The notes under the pieces were generated by a model. The model searched no databases. It saw nothing but the letters and a program-made list of their open reading frames with translations, and was not told where the DNA came from. This document shows, piece after piece, positions 23,497 through 34,840 of a stretch of 64,000 nt of DNA (positions are counted from its first letter, which is position 1; each line of letters starts with the position of its first letter). Source of the DNA: Takakia lepidozioides (Eukaryota > Plantae > Bryophyta). Made by a program: the position numbers and the translations under genes. Location of the stretch: NCBI GenBank assembly GCA_030704615.1, contig CM060733.1, positions 47,306,001 to 47,370,000 on the forward strand, read 5' to 3'.

Positions 23497-26470
23497 CTAT
23501 CCCAAGCAGTGTGGACACAACCAATCTCCGTCAGGAACCTTCTCAAGAGGTGGTGTCAAGCATCCCATATGCCAACCCCTTGAGCATCGATCACACACCA
23601 GCATGGTGGCTGCCCCTTTGGCAGACCCACAGAGCATGCACCTCAAACCTGCAGGTACCACTGCCAAGTTTGGGTCAACTCTGCCATCGACATTGGGAAG
23701 GTGACATGGCGCACAATTACGCACATGGTCCTTCCAAGTCATGCCATCCCGACCCTCCAAGATCAAGACCCCTGAGGGCAACACCTCTCGAACCCTCAGA
23801 ATAACACGCCCTGCAGTAACATCCAGAGTCGTAGGAGCAGTCTGCTACAAATAAACATAGTCACCAGGGCTAAACCTCCGAACCCCAGGACGATATCCTC
23901 GACCACGTATAGTGGCATACCTCAACGTATCACGGTGCTGTGCAATGGCAAGGTTCTCAAAAGCCATGGGCATGACTTTCTTGAACAACTCTGCACGTTG
24001 ATCACATGCACGTACCCACACGTCCGGATCGTCAAGGTTAAGGACTTGAGCAGTGTCCCTACGAATGGCTGCAAGCAAATCCGGCTCTCGGCCAAAGAGA
24101 AGGAAATATGGTGAGAAGGTGGCAAGTGATGCTTGTTTGCTGAACCTGTAGCCCATGGCTAACCAAGGAACCTGAAGATCCCAATCTCCTAGGTGTCCCT
24201 TCTGCAAGCCATACTTGCGCAAACCCCTCTTCACCATCTGAACAACTCTCTCTGCTAAGCCATCGGCCTCAGGATGATCCCGAGAAGTGGTGTGGTGGTC
24301 TATCAAGGCTTTATCATACAAAGCCTGAAACTCCCCAAGAACTCTCTCCCTTGGTCCGTGAGTACCTCAGCTGGAGCACCAAATTGGCTAAGCACACGAT
24401 CCAAGAATGCATACGCAGCCCCCTCACTAGCTTTGTCAGGCAATGGAACCAACTCAATCCACTTGGAGAAGTGCTCCACCATCACCAACACATATTTGTG
24501 GTGGCGCATAGTCAGTGGCAACGGTCCTGCGAAGTCAAGACTCCACCTGTAGCCCAATCCCATGATTGGTAAAGGATGCAACTGTGGTGTAGGGGCGTTG
24601 AATGAAGCACGCACCCTGTCACACACCATGCACCTAGCCACAAACTGTTGCACCTCTGTATGCATACCACGCCACCAATACTGCCCCTGCAGTAAACTGT
24701 GAGTGCGTCGCACTCCAAAATGCCCCAACTCCTCATGGGCATGCCGTACTAACCGTGCACACTGTGTGGGATGAGGCACAATCCTCACCCGACCATCCTC
24801 CCACACTCGAAGTAGGTGTATCCCCTCCCACTTGAACCTCTTGGCTCGTTGCAGGATCCGATCCCTCTCCCTGGCAGTCACAATGGCTGTCGTGTCTCCC
24901 GTGCGGAGGTAGTCCAACACAGCCGAATCCTCATGTATATCTCTGGCACCACCTAGCTCATCACTAGCCTCAGGATCCTCAGACACTCCGTCTACAGTCA
25001 TCCCTGTTGTAGGTCCAATCTGACCTCCCGATGCCAAGATACACAAAAATGCAGATGCGTGCCATCCCGGCACCATCTCCTCGTCCGTCTCACCATGCCA
25101 CCGAGCTCCAGTGTCATCCTGTTGGCTCATGCATGGATTGCGACTCAATCCATCCGCATCCCGATTGACCAAACCCGGTCGATGCACAACCTGAAAGTCA
25201 TACTCCTGGAGTATAAGTGCCCACCGTGCAAGCTTCCCCGTAAGCTTGTCTGACTCCATCAACCACTTGAGTGGCTGGTGATCCGTGACAAGGGTGAAAA
25301 GATTGCCGTATAGATAGCACCTGAAGTGTGCCACGGCCCACACTGCAGCTAAGCACTCTCCCTCATATGAGCTGTACTTAGCCTCTGCAGCGTTGTTCGA
25401 GCGGCTAGCGTAAGCCACTACGAACTCTCTTCCCTCATCATCCACCTGTGTGAGCACCGCTCCAAGCCCCAGCATGCTCCAATCCGTATGCAGCTGAAAG
25501 GGACGCCCCCTGATAGGTCGTCTCAAGATAGGCGCTGAGGTCAACCTCGCCTTGAGCTCTTGAAAAGCTCGTTCCTGCTCATCTTCCCACTGCCACTCCT
25601 GGTCCACCTTGGTCAGCTTGGTTAGAGCCTTTGCAATGGTACTAAATCCCTTGACAAACCGTCTATAATAGTTTGCCAACCCCATGAAAGCTCGAACTCG
25701 GCTCACATCCGTGGGGCGTGGAATTTGTGCAATGGCCTCTACCTTAGTCTGCTGTACCCCCAATCCTCCAGGATATATCATGTGACCCAGATACTCAATC
25801 TGGTTGTGGAAAAACTTGCACTTCCCCGGATGCAACTTCAATCCGTGCGCTCTCAAGCGCTCCAATACCACCTGAAGGTGTCTCTCATGCTCCTCCATCG
25901 TAACACTAAAGATGATGATGTCATCTATGTAGCACCGAGCAAAGTCCACCCCTGCTAGAATCCTATCCATGACTCTCTGAAACTCTGCAGGAGCATTCTT
26001 AAGCCCAAATGGTAAGAACCGCCACTATATAGGCAATCCTTGCCGTGCTCATTGATCCCCAGAATGCCGTCTTCTGCTTGTCCGCCTCCTTGATTGGCAA
26101 CTGGTGATATCCGGATCGTAAATCCAAAGTGCTAAAGGCCTTAGCATGCCCGATGGCATCAAAGATCTCCTCTGGTGTTGGCATGGCATACTTATCGGAC
26201 TTGGTCTGACGATTTACAGGCCGGTAATCACCGCACATACGTCTCTCCGTCCAATTGCCATAGACATCCTTCTTGGCTGGCATCACTGTGGCTGAAGCAT
26301 ACTCTCCACCAGAGAGCTCCACCAAACCTGCCTCCCAGAGATCTTGAGTCCTCATCTGAATCAAAGACCTCTCCATGTCACTGTATCTATAGGGTCTCCG
26401 AAAGATTGGCGTGTCAGTGGCCAACTCAATACGGATCTCTTGACCCTTCAGTGCTCCCAAGTCCTTCAAA
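23497..26470 (-). pseudogene. Gypsy pol: RT, RNase H, DDE integrase and C-terminal PHD finger (a few frameshifts and one CAG>TAG stop)
   Basis: RT RMCGDYRPVN/LDLRSGYHQ/YIDDII; RNase H LHTDWS/EGECLA/TDHQPL/DADGLSR; integrase HEELGH..CMVC, SLDFAGP, LTDQG, ADGLAER; PHD CMLC-x11-CDRC-x4-H-x2-C...WLCPHC at ~23500-23645. Confidence 0.95.
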
Positions 26471-26944
26471 CTGAAGGCAAAGCAATTCCTGTAAGCCCTC
26501 AGGAACCGCCGTATACGTCGTCTCTCTCCTCCGGTGACAATGGGTCCAATGTCAGGCTCCCAATTGTCCTCCGTAACTACAACCTTAAGTCCAGTGGGCT
26601 TAGAGGTAGAGGACGCGTCCCGTGGTTGCTATGCTGCAACCTCTTGAGCAGTACTCCCTGCCTGCTCAGTCAATGACAAGGCCTCATCCTGCCCCATCAT
26701 CTCATCATTGAGGACCTCCTCAACCCGAGAAGAATCCCCAACCTCATCTATCATAGCCGCCTTGGCTGCCAACTCCCTCTGAACCTCGAGCACCTCCCAC
26801 GTGTGCCATGGATGCATGCACCCCGTGGTCCTCACATGCTCGCCCCCACTCACTGCCTGTACCGTCTCGGTAGGCAGAGAGACCATTGAGAGAAGTGTAC
26901 TCCGCACTCTGCGTTGCTCAGCAGAGCCAAGCTGATAATCCAGG

Positions 26945-27870
26945 TCAAGCAATTGAGATCCATTGCTTGCCCCAAACTTGACGACGTGATGCCTCAGAAA
27001 GAGACGACACCGCCGTGGTACCAGTGGTAAAACCCATTGCCCGCTCACGCTCGTCAGCATTAGGCTCCACTAACTGCTGCAACTGAGCATCCCACAGGAG
27101 GCCAGGTCCACTATCCCGGAAAGCATGCGATCCTGGGAAGCTGAGCAGTGTAGGTAATGCTGCTCGTGGTTGACCCACCTTGTTGACCACTGCCAAAGGC
27201 AAACGGTCATCGTGTCTCACACGCTGAGACTGCCTCCCTGTGTCCAGAATGCTATCCACTGTGAGATGTGCTGGCCGCTGCACCCCATCAAATGCACGCT
27301 TGAGCAGTGCGGGTGGCATCAAGTTAGTCCACCATAGCCGTGGACGATGAGCCCGTGACCCCACTGTAGCTGCATCTAGCAACACTGCTGACCCAAGCCA
27401 CGACCGGACTTGATGCACCCTGGCCCGAGAATCGCCCATCAGTGGCACATTCTCCAAGATGTATGCTGGAGATACAGCTTGATGAAGCTGCAAGTGGCGC
27501 AAAACCCGCACACCATCTCCCAAAACAGACCCGACCTCGAGTCTCGCAATCCATTGCCATGCCCGCTGATGAATGCCCTTGGCAGGGCCAACCTGCCACT
27601 ACCAGATCAATGGAGCCAACCCGCTCCAAATCCTGCGCCCCAGCAACGAAATGTCTGCTGGCAAGGCCTGCTGATATCCACGAATTGCAGACACCGACAA
27701 TAACTCAGGGTACCGCTGCACCAACTGAGCAACATGGCGAAGTGAAACGCGTCGTGCAGTCTCATCCATCTCCACATACAGGTAACGTCGAACTCGTACA
27801 CCTGCCTGTAACACAGCAGCCAATCCGGTGCTGATCCCGCCAAACAAGTCCAGAAGACAAATGCCTTCAT
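26945..27870 (-). pseudogene. DNMT3-like C5 cytosine DNA methyltransferase domain inside gypsy pol (frameshifted)
   Basis: Motif I LLDLFGGISTG, motif II YVE, motif IV DLVVAGWPCQGHS, motif VI YILENV, motif VIII SRAHRPRLWWTNL, motif IX ERERAMGF, motif X RRQV(L)GQAMD. Confidence 0.92.
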
Positions 27871-30781
27871 CCGGATACTGCCACACAATAGGTGTGGTGT
27901 CCAATGGAGACAACTGAGGTGGTCCTGGTGCAATCCCCGTACTCTCCTCCTCTCTTGACGGTACAAAAGCCTCCACCCAGGCTTGTTGCACCCGTCTATC
28001 AGCATCCCGCTGCAAATCCTTGCTCGTGCCCCACAATGGAGTCTGAGCAACCATGGTAGGCAACTCCGCCATACCATACATGTCATCCTGCTCTCCCAGA
28101 GGTGGTACATCCTCTGAATGAGCATTGCCCTCAAGCAACTCTCTAGGCCAACTCACTGCCGCTGTGAATGCTGCTAGTGTCGGCATCTTGCCTCGCTGGG
28201 CAACCGCAACTCCTCCTATGAACGTCACAGGGAGCTGCACACGCCGGCCCTCCCCTGACTGCCATGCAGGCCTATAGGAAGCTGACTCCTCCCAAAAATC
28301 CAGGGTGAAGCCCATGGGGTACAACACTGCCCCACCAACCAGGACATCGTATGAGACTGCGTCTGTCACAATGGCCTTGGCTCGCATCATTGAGCCATCT
28401 GTAGGGTGATCCGGCCGTAGTCTGATAGCCAACTCACGCCGTGTCATGCCCCGAGCTTGCTCCGATCCTCCCAGAGACGTCTGTATCTGGAAAGGACAAG
28501 GCTCCATATCCGCCTCCGTGAGGCCCAAGCCTGCAATAGCAGCTCTGCCCAGCATCAGTGGCTGAGCTCCCGAGTCCAACAAGACCCGTAGTGGCCGGTA
28601 CCTCTTGCCTGCCGGTCCACTCAAACAGAAAATGCCATCCTGGTTGTCTAACATGACAACTCCAGGTGTCACCATGGCGCGCTCAATGGCTGGCCTAGCT
28701 GGCAGCTCCATCAACCTGGCAGCTGCAGCTTGTCATGGCGCCGCCGTGGCAGTCTTGACCCTCAAATCCGAGGATCCCTCCGGCACTACACCTCCCACTA
28801 TCTCCGCAGAAGATGAAGTAACCTCCCCACTCTCACAGAGTGTAGCTGCCAGCCTGAACACCTCAGCTGGTCTTACCCCCGGCGTCGCAATCATGGTAGC
28901 CGAGAACAATGGAGCCTGGCACACAGATGTGGCCGCTCTTAGCAGCACACTAGCTGCCGTAGCCTTGGCAACACTAGGTAGTGGTGCTACCCGTGTAGCT
29001 CTCCCCAATGGCATAGTAACCTCCGCCTCGGTAACAGTCGGGCGAGAACTAGGTGCCATGGATGGCGTCGACACTGTCTCCGCCAATGTGAATGACTAAG
29101 GAAGCCTAGCCTGACGGCTTGCCTCCCCACGCTGTGGATCCAACTCCACCTCTGCACCTCGTGGCTCAGGAACTCGTGCTGCTCCTCGAGTCACGGCTGC
29201 AGCAGACTCCACCTGCACTAGTGGTAGTGCTGCTCCACACATGAATCCCATGCCTCCCATATCTCCTCCCTCAGGAGCAGGAGGTGGACCATCCGGCCTT
29301 AGAGCCGATACCACCTGAGCTGTAGCCATGGCAGCGAGCCTCTGCTCTAGCTGCTGAAGCCGGTGGCCATGCCTTGGTCAACACCCTGACCTCCGCGTCC
29401 TTGGCCACGTTGAGCTTGCCCTTGGCCTCGTGGCTGGCCACCTCGTCCTCTCTGGGCTGCTCCACCTCGCCCCCGGCCACCATTGTTCCCTTGGAACTGG
29501 CCTGGGCGCAACTCAGGATGCAAACCATAACACTGGGCCTCTCCATGCCTGTGCTTGCCACAATGCCCACACTGCAACTGTGCAGGCTGTGCATGTGCCG
29601 ACCCTTTGCCTCCCTCTGGGCAATCCTTCTTGACATGGGGTCCTCCACATGTCCAGCACACCCACATCCGCCCGTTGTTGGCCAGCAAATGAAGGGAGAG
29701 ACCCCTGCATCTGAGGTCCTCTCTGCCCTTCCCTGAGCTTCACCTGAGCCCCCTTGTTGACTTGAGCACGTTGAGGTAGTGGTTGGCTAGGAGCACCACT
29801 ACCCCGTGGTGTCTCCTTAGCAAATCCCACCATGACCACTCGTTCCTCCACCATGTTGAGCTCTATCCGCTCTGCCAGCAAAAACACATTTGCTAAGGTG
29901 GGTTGGGCCGCTTGTAGGAGAGTTGCATCCCGCACCCTTCTCCTCAGCTCCTTGTCCAATATCCCATACCAGAATTGGACTGCCTGAGCTTCCGTAACCC
30001 CTTGGGTTACATTTATCAAGCGCCTCATGCGAGTGAAAGCCTCCCTCAAGCTCTCGGTCGGCTTCCGTTGGAACTCTTGCAAGCTCCGCAACTTCTCTGT
30101 CCTCACCCCTTGGTAGTTCCCTCTCAACTCTTCGAAGAACTCCACAACAGGGTTGAAGGCAGGCACGGGTGCTAGTGCTAGTGCGGTAGTGGCTTGGGTG
30201 GACGTCGTAGCTACTGTACCACCAGTCCCACTGCTGCTTGCTGAAGCTGCCGGTGCAGCGGCAGGTGTAGCCACTGCCCTCGTGGCTCTAGTGCCCCTAG
30301 TGATGGAGACATAGTCGGGTGACCAGTACATCCTCCACTCCTCGATCTCAACCTCATGCCCCCGCCTGAACTCATGGTAATCATCCATAGGCGGCCCCTC
30401 AAGGTGCTGAAACAGCCCCTTCCATGCCATGAAAGGCGTAAATAGTTGTGGATTGCGCATTTGCTGCAAATCACACCAACTATCAAACTCTTGGATAAAA
30501 TCATCCAACTCGATGGTGCCCACCGCCCCAGAGTACCTTCGTGGCCCCTTGGTAGCTCCATACATCTCCTCCATTGTGTCCCACAACAATGGCAAAGAAA
30601 CAACTTGCACCGCCGGTATGAGTCCTCCTGATTCACAATCCGAATCAGAACCTTCCGTGGAAGACACAGGAGGTGAAGGTGGCCTAAACCGTACACCTCG
30701 TCTCGTGTACCCACTAGTATCGCTAGTGCTCGAACCGGCACTGTCCCCAACAACTAGTGGCACCTCCGTGTTGACACTCAA
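27871..30781 (-). pseudogene. Gypsy gag and aspartic protease
   Basis: Retrotrans_gag-like core (LQEFQRKPTESLREAFTRMRRL), zinc knuckles CWTCGGPHVKKDC and CGHCGKHRHGEAQC, protease VLLDSGAQ...DVLVG. Confidence 0.88.
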
Positions 30782-31074
30782 CCGGTCATGAACATGTCCC
30801 TAACCCCCTCTCCACAAGGTAACCGGGTAGAGAACCTGTTGCGGCTTATGGTTTGGAATACTAAGTTCCTAACATAGCCTACACCTGTACTTGCATGACC
30901 ATGGGAATATCATGAAGATACTCCTCAAACCGCCCTCCACGAGCCTCAAAATTCGGCCTTCCAGACCACATGTCAGTCCTTAGGCAGTCCACCAGTGCCT
31001 CCACGAGTCAGCACAGGCCGTCCACAGGTCAACATGGGCCACCACAGACCAGCACAAGCCCACACAGCTCACTG

Positions 31075-32140
31075 GTCACAGCCGTCACAGTCCCACAGGC
31101 CACTGGGCACAGCCCCTCACAGCCCGTCACAGCCGCAAAGGCCTCAGGCACGGCCTGTCACAGCCCCTCATAGCCCACAGCCCCAAAGGCCTCAGGCACG
31201 GCCTGTCACAGCTCCTCACAGCCCGTCACAAACCTCAAAGGCCTCCGGCACGGCCTGTCACAGCCCCTCACAGCCCGTCACAGCCCCAAAGGCCTCAAGC
31301 ACGGCCTGTCACAGCCCCTCACAGCCCGTCACAACCTCAAAGGCCTCAGGCACGGCCTGTCACAGCCCCTCACAGCCAGGCACAGCCCCAAAGGCCTCAG
31401 GCACGGCCTGTCACAGCCCCTCACAGCCCGTCACAGCCACAAGGCCATGGGCACGGCCTGTCACAGCCCCTCACAGCCCCACAGGCCACAGGGCACGCCT
31501 GTCACAGCCCATCACAGCCCATCACAGCCTGTCACAAGCCTGACACAGCCCGTCACAGCCCCACAGGGCACAGGGCACAGCCTGTCACAGCTTGCCACAG
31601 CTGTCACAGCCCCACAGGCCACAGGGCACAGCCTGTCACAGCCCCTCACAGCCCGTCACAGCCGCAAAGGCCTCAGGCACGGCCTATCACAGCCCCTCAC
31701 AGCCCGTCACAGCCGCAAAGGCCTCAGGCACGGCCTGTCACAGCCCCTCACAGCCCGTCACAGCCCCAAAGGCCTCAGGCACGGCCTGTCACAGCCCCTC
31801 ACAGCCCGTCACAGCCTCAAAGGCCTCAGGCACGGCCTGTCACCGCCCCTCACAGCCCGTCACAACCCCAAAGGCCATGGGCACGGCCTGTCACAGCCCC
31901 TCACAGCCCATCACAGCTTGACACAGCCCGTCACAGCCCCACAGGGCACAGGGCACAGCCTGTCACAGCCCATCACAGCCCATCACAGCCTGTCACAGCT
32001 TGACACAGCCCGTCACAGCCCCACAGGGCACATGGCACAGCCTGTCACAACTCGCCACAACCTGTCACAGCCCCTCATAGCCCGTCACAGCCCCACAGGG
32101 CACATGGCACAGCCTGTCACAGCCCGTCACAGCCCCACAC
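31075..32140. repeat. ~51-bp minisatellite in the gypsy 5' leader
   Basis: Tandem units of cacagcccctcacagcccgtcacagccccaaaggcctcaggcacggcctgt and variants. Confidence 0.95.
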
Positions 32141-33558
32141 ATGGCCGCTCTGGCAGTTCAGCCATTTCTCCAAGGGGTTTAGCCACGCCAAGCTAGGGTT
32201 TGTGTCTCTTGGACTCTAGGCTTCTTTCCACCGAGCTATGGTGGCTGTGAGGAAATCAGCAAGGTATCCTTGCTCTTTCGGCTCCCACACACCACCATAG
32301 TAGCCTTAAGCCATGAGGTGGTTGCCACAAAACCAAGCCTTCTTTCTCACTTAGCCTCCCCAAACATACCACTAAACTCAATGGCAAACAACCAAGCCCT
32401 GCTGGTTCCCAGCCCTTGTGAGCACTCATTCAAGCACTCTCATTGGCCATAGCATCTGTCTTAGAGCCTATTCCAACCCTCTACACCTGCTGCTTCAAGA
32501 GTTGCGCTCCCTTCAAGCTTGAAGTTGAAACCCCAACTCACATAGGCCCTACAAGTGCTTTTCTTTCACTCCAAGTGGAAACCAGCCCTAGACCTTCCGT
32601 TCTAGCTCTCTAAAGCTTGAAAACAAGAGCCTCAATGGGCTGAAGGCATGCTCCACACATGCCCCACTCTCACCATAAGAGAATCAGCTCCTTTGCTTCA
32701 TTTCTTGCACCCACAAACCTGAAAATACAAGTTTCAGCAGGCTGAAAGCATGCTCCACATGCCCTACAGGGAAACCAGCCCCTTCTTTCCTTTCTTGCAC
32801 TCCCACACCTGAAAGTGCAAGCCTTCACCAGGCTGATAGCATGCTCCACACATGCAACCTCTTCACACAAGAGATATCAGCCCCCTATCTTGGCTCCTTG
32901 GTTCCTTGATGCTCTCTAAGACAAGACTAAGCACTCCACAGACTTTGCCAAGCTCCTGAAACCCTAAGGCTTACATTTCCAGCCACAAGTCACTTCTCTT
33001 GTGGTGCAAGAACTCTTCTTCCAAGCTCTGAAACCCTAGGTGCACATTCCATGGCCTTGCCGCACCTCTTAGCTCCTGTTCCAGCCCTGCTCTCGCCATG
33101 ACAAGAGCCCTCTCAATGCTGAAGCTCGAGATTGAAACCCAATCTCACCATACTCCACAAAGTGCACTGATTTGCCCCAAGCCAAATCAGCCCTTTCGCT
33201 TGGTCTTGCAATCCTTCACACAATGAAAGCTCGCATTCCCAAGTCCAGTTCTCAGCTTTGCCACCAAAGCCACTATAACCTGCTCTTGACTGGTCCTCTT
33301 CCCAATCGTGCTTGCTCATGCATGTACACAATCTGAAACCATCAAGGTGCTCTGGAATTACCTGCAGTATGGTGCTTTCATCTCTGAAGCTGAAGATCGA
33401 ATGCCAAGGTTTACCACCTCGTAACCCACATCGCCTCCGCTTCTAGCAACCAAGAGCTCCACGGTGCTTCTTGCATAATAACTTGGTTTTTCTCATTCTC
33501 AAGCAAAAACCACAAGTGCTACAACTAACTCGTATCTAGCACTCATAGATACGAGCTG

Positions 33559-33570
33559 ATCTTTCTCGAG
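33559..33570 (-). promoter_or_regulatory. Self-priming (Tf1-type) PBS candidate
   Basis: Sense CTCGAGAAAGAT directly follows the LTR end TATCA and is complementary to LTR bases 33726-33737. There is no TGG tRNA-type PBS. Confidence 0.75.
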
Positions 33571-33887
33571 TGATAAAGAAGAAAAATACAAGCACGAGCT
33601 CACAAATTTGAAGCATAAACTCATGCATATATAACCTCATCACTCAAATACAAGTCAAGCCAAGTGCACCCCACGCCATGGGGAATCCACACTACGGCGC
33701 CATAGCTAGGCGCGGTGAGGCTCAACTCGAGAAAGATGAGCCTCCCGCGCTTGCCGTGAAGATAACCACTCCAGGGCCTAAATCTGCCTTGACCCCTGGA
33801 TTGACACTTGGGCCAATCCCAAATGTCAATATGTAAAAGCTAGCTATTTCCTAGCTAGTTTCACACTAGTGGTAAAATAACTTGACA
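33571..33887 (-). repeat. LTR segment B, 5' terminal copy (R-U5-like half)
   Basis: 317 bp, identical to 22730-23046 except for two C/T transitions. Confidence 0.95.
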
Positions 33888-34265
33888 ACATGCTAACCAT
33901 GCTGACTTAAATGTTAACATGCTGACAGGTGTGCAAATCTAATCATTTTCTAGGGTGGCCTGTGCCGTTGGCCCAAGTGTCAAGTGTCATCTAAGCCCAA
34001 GTGCAATCTCCTATGTATGCAAGTGCGTCTCTTATGTCGTGCGACCTCTAGGGTAGCATTTGCCGTTGGCCCAAGGGTCCAATGTCATCTAAGTCCAAAT
34101 GCATTTTTTTTCCACAGAGCCTACGACCAGATTTGAACCGGAGACCTTCCCCTTTATATCTCTCCTCTCGAGGCTCCAACCATTGTCCCGGGAATTCCCA
34201 CTTTGCTATTTTTCGGGAATTTATAGCGACCCAAAGTACTTGAAATTCCACATCTCCCACACCGC

Positions 34266-34840
34266 AGGTCCAAAAATCATGCACCCATCCTCGTCGAGGG
34301 CTTTCTAATGGTACCAAGCGCCAGGGCTGGGGCTACACAGTTGGGGACATCTCAAATCTACAAAACAAAACAAAACAAACGTCTTGATTCATGTATTGAT
34401 TGAAGAGAAAAAATTTAAAACCCTTGTCTGCAAGAAAAATACATTGTAGTTCCAAAAATTCCATAAAACAAATAAAGTCAGTATTGAAGCTAGTTTTCAG
34501 TTTGGCTTGTTTGCAGTGGTCCTGCCTTACATTTCTTGTAAAGCCCCTCATGAGGTTATTTTTTCCTTTCTCTAATATGATTTGAAGGCTCCATCCATCT
34601 TCGTTTTTGGTGAAAAAGATAGAGCCATTCCTCAGGGGGAAAAAACACTGACATACAAAATTTTCCCCAAAAATTGCAGGAACTTGGTTTGTCCTCCATT
34701 GGATCAATATATTAAGCAAGGTAGTTTGTTTTGTTTTGTTTGTCACGCTGAGATCTCCCAAACCAGAAGGCCTCCGCTCGGGCTGGAAAGCCCTTGATGA
34801 TTAGGGATGCATCGAGGTGGTTTCATAATTTTTCGACCAT
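34266..34840. mobile_element. Foldback/MITE-like element with ~120-bp imperfect inverted arms
   Basis: atgcacccatcctcgtcgagggctttc pairs with gaaagcccttgatgattagggatgcat, and ttggggacatctca..acaaaacaaaacaaac pairs with gtttgttttgttttgt..tgagatctcccaa. Exact ends and TSD were not resolved. Confidence 0.55.

Larger units (their letters stand above)
22542..33887 (-). mobile_element. Ty3/gypsy LTR retrotransposon with DNMT and PHD domains and split/permuted LTRs; 4-bp TSD ACAT
   Basis: Termini TGTCG... (22542) and ...TTGACA (33887) are flanked by ACAT at 22538-22541 and 33888-33891. Domain order on the minus strand is gag-PR-DNMT-RT-RH-IN-PHD. Confidence 0.95.

Noticed and set aside
30970-32196. 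Long Pro/Ser/His-rich ORFs on the plus strand
   Set aside because: By-products of a stop-free 51-bp minisatellite, antisense to the element.
22542-33887. DIRS/Ngaro tyrosine-recombinase retroelement, suggested by the split repeats
   Set aside because: No recombinase ORF was found; the element has a DDE integrase, an aspartic protease, a PPT and a TSD.
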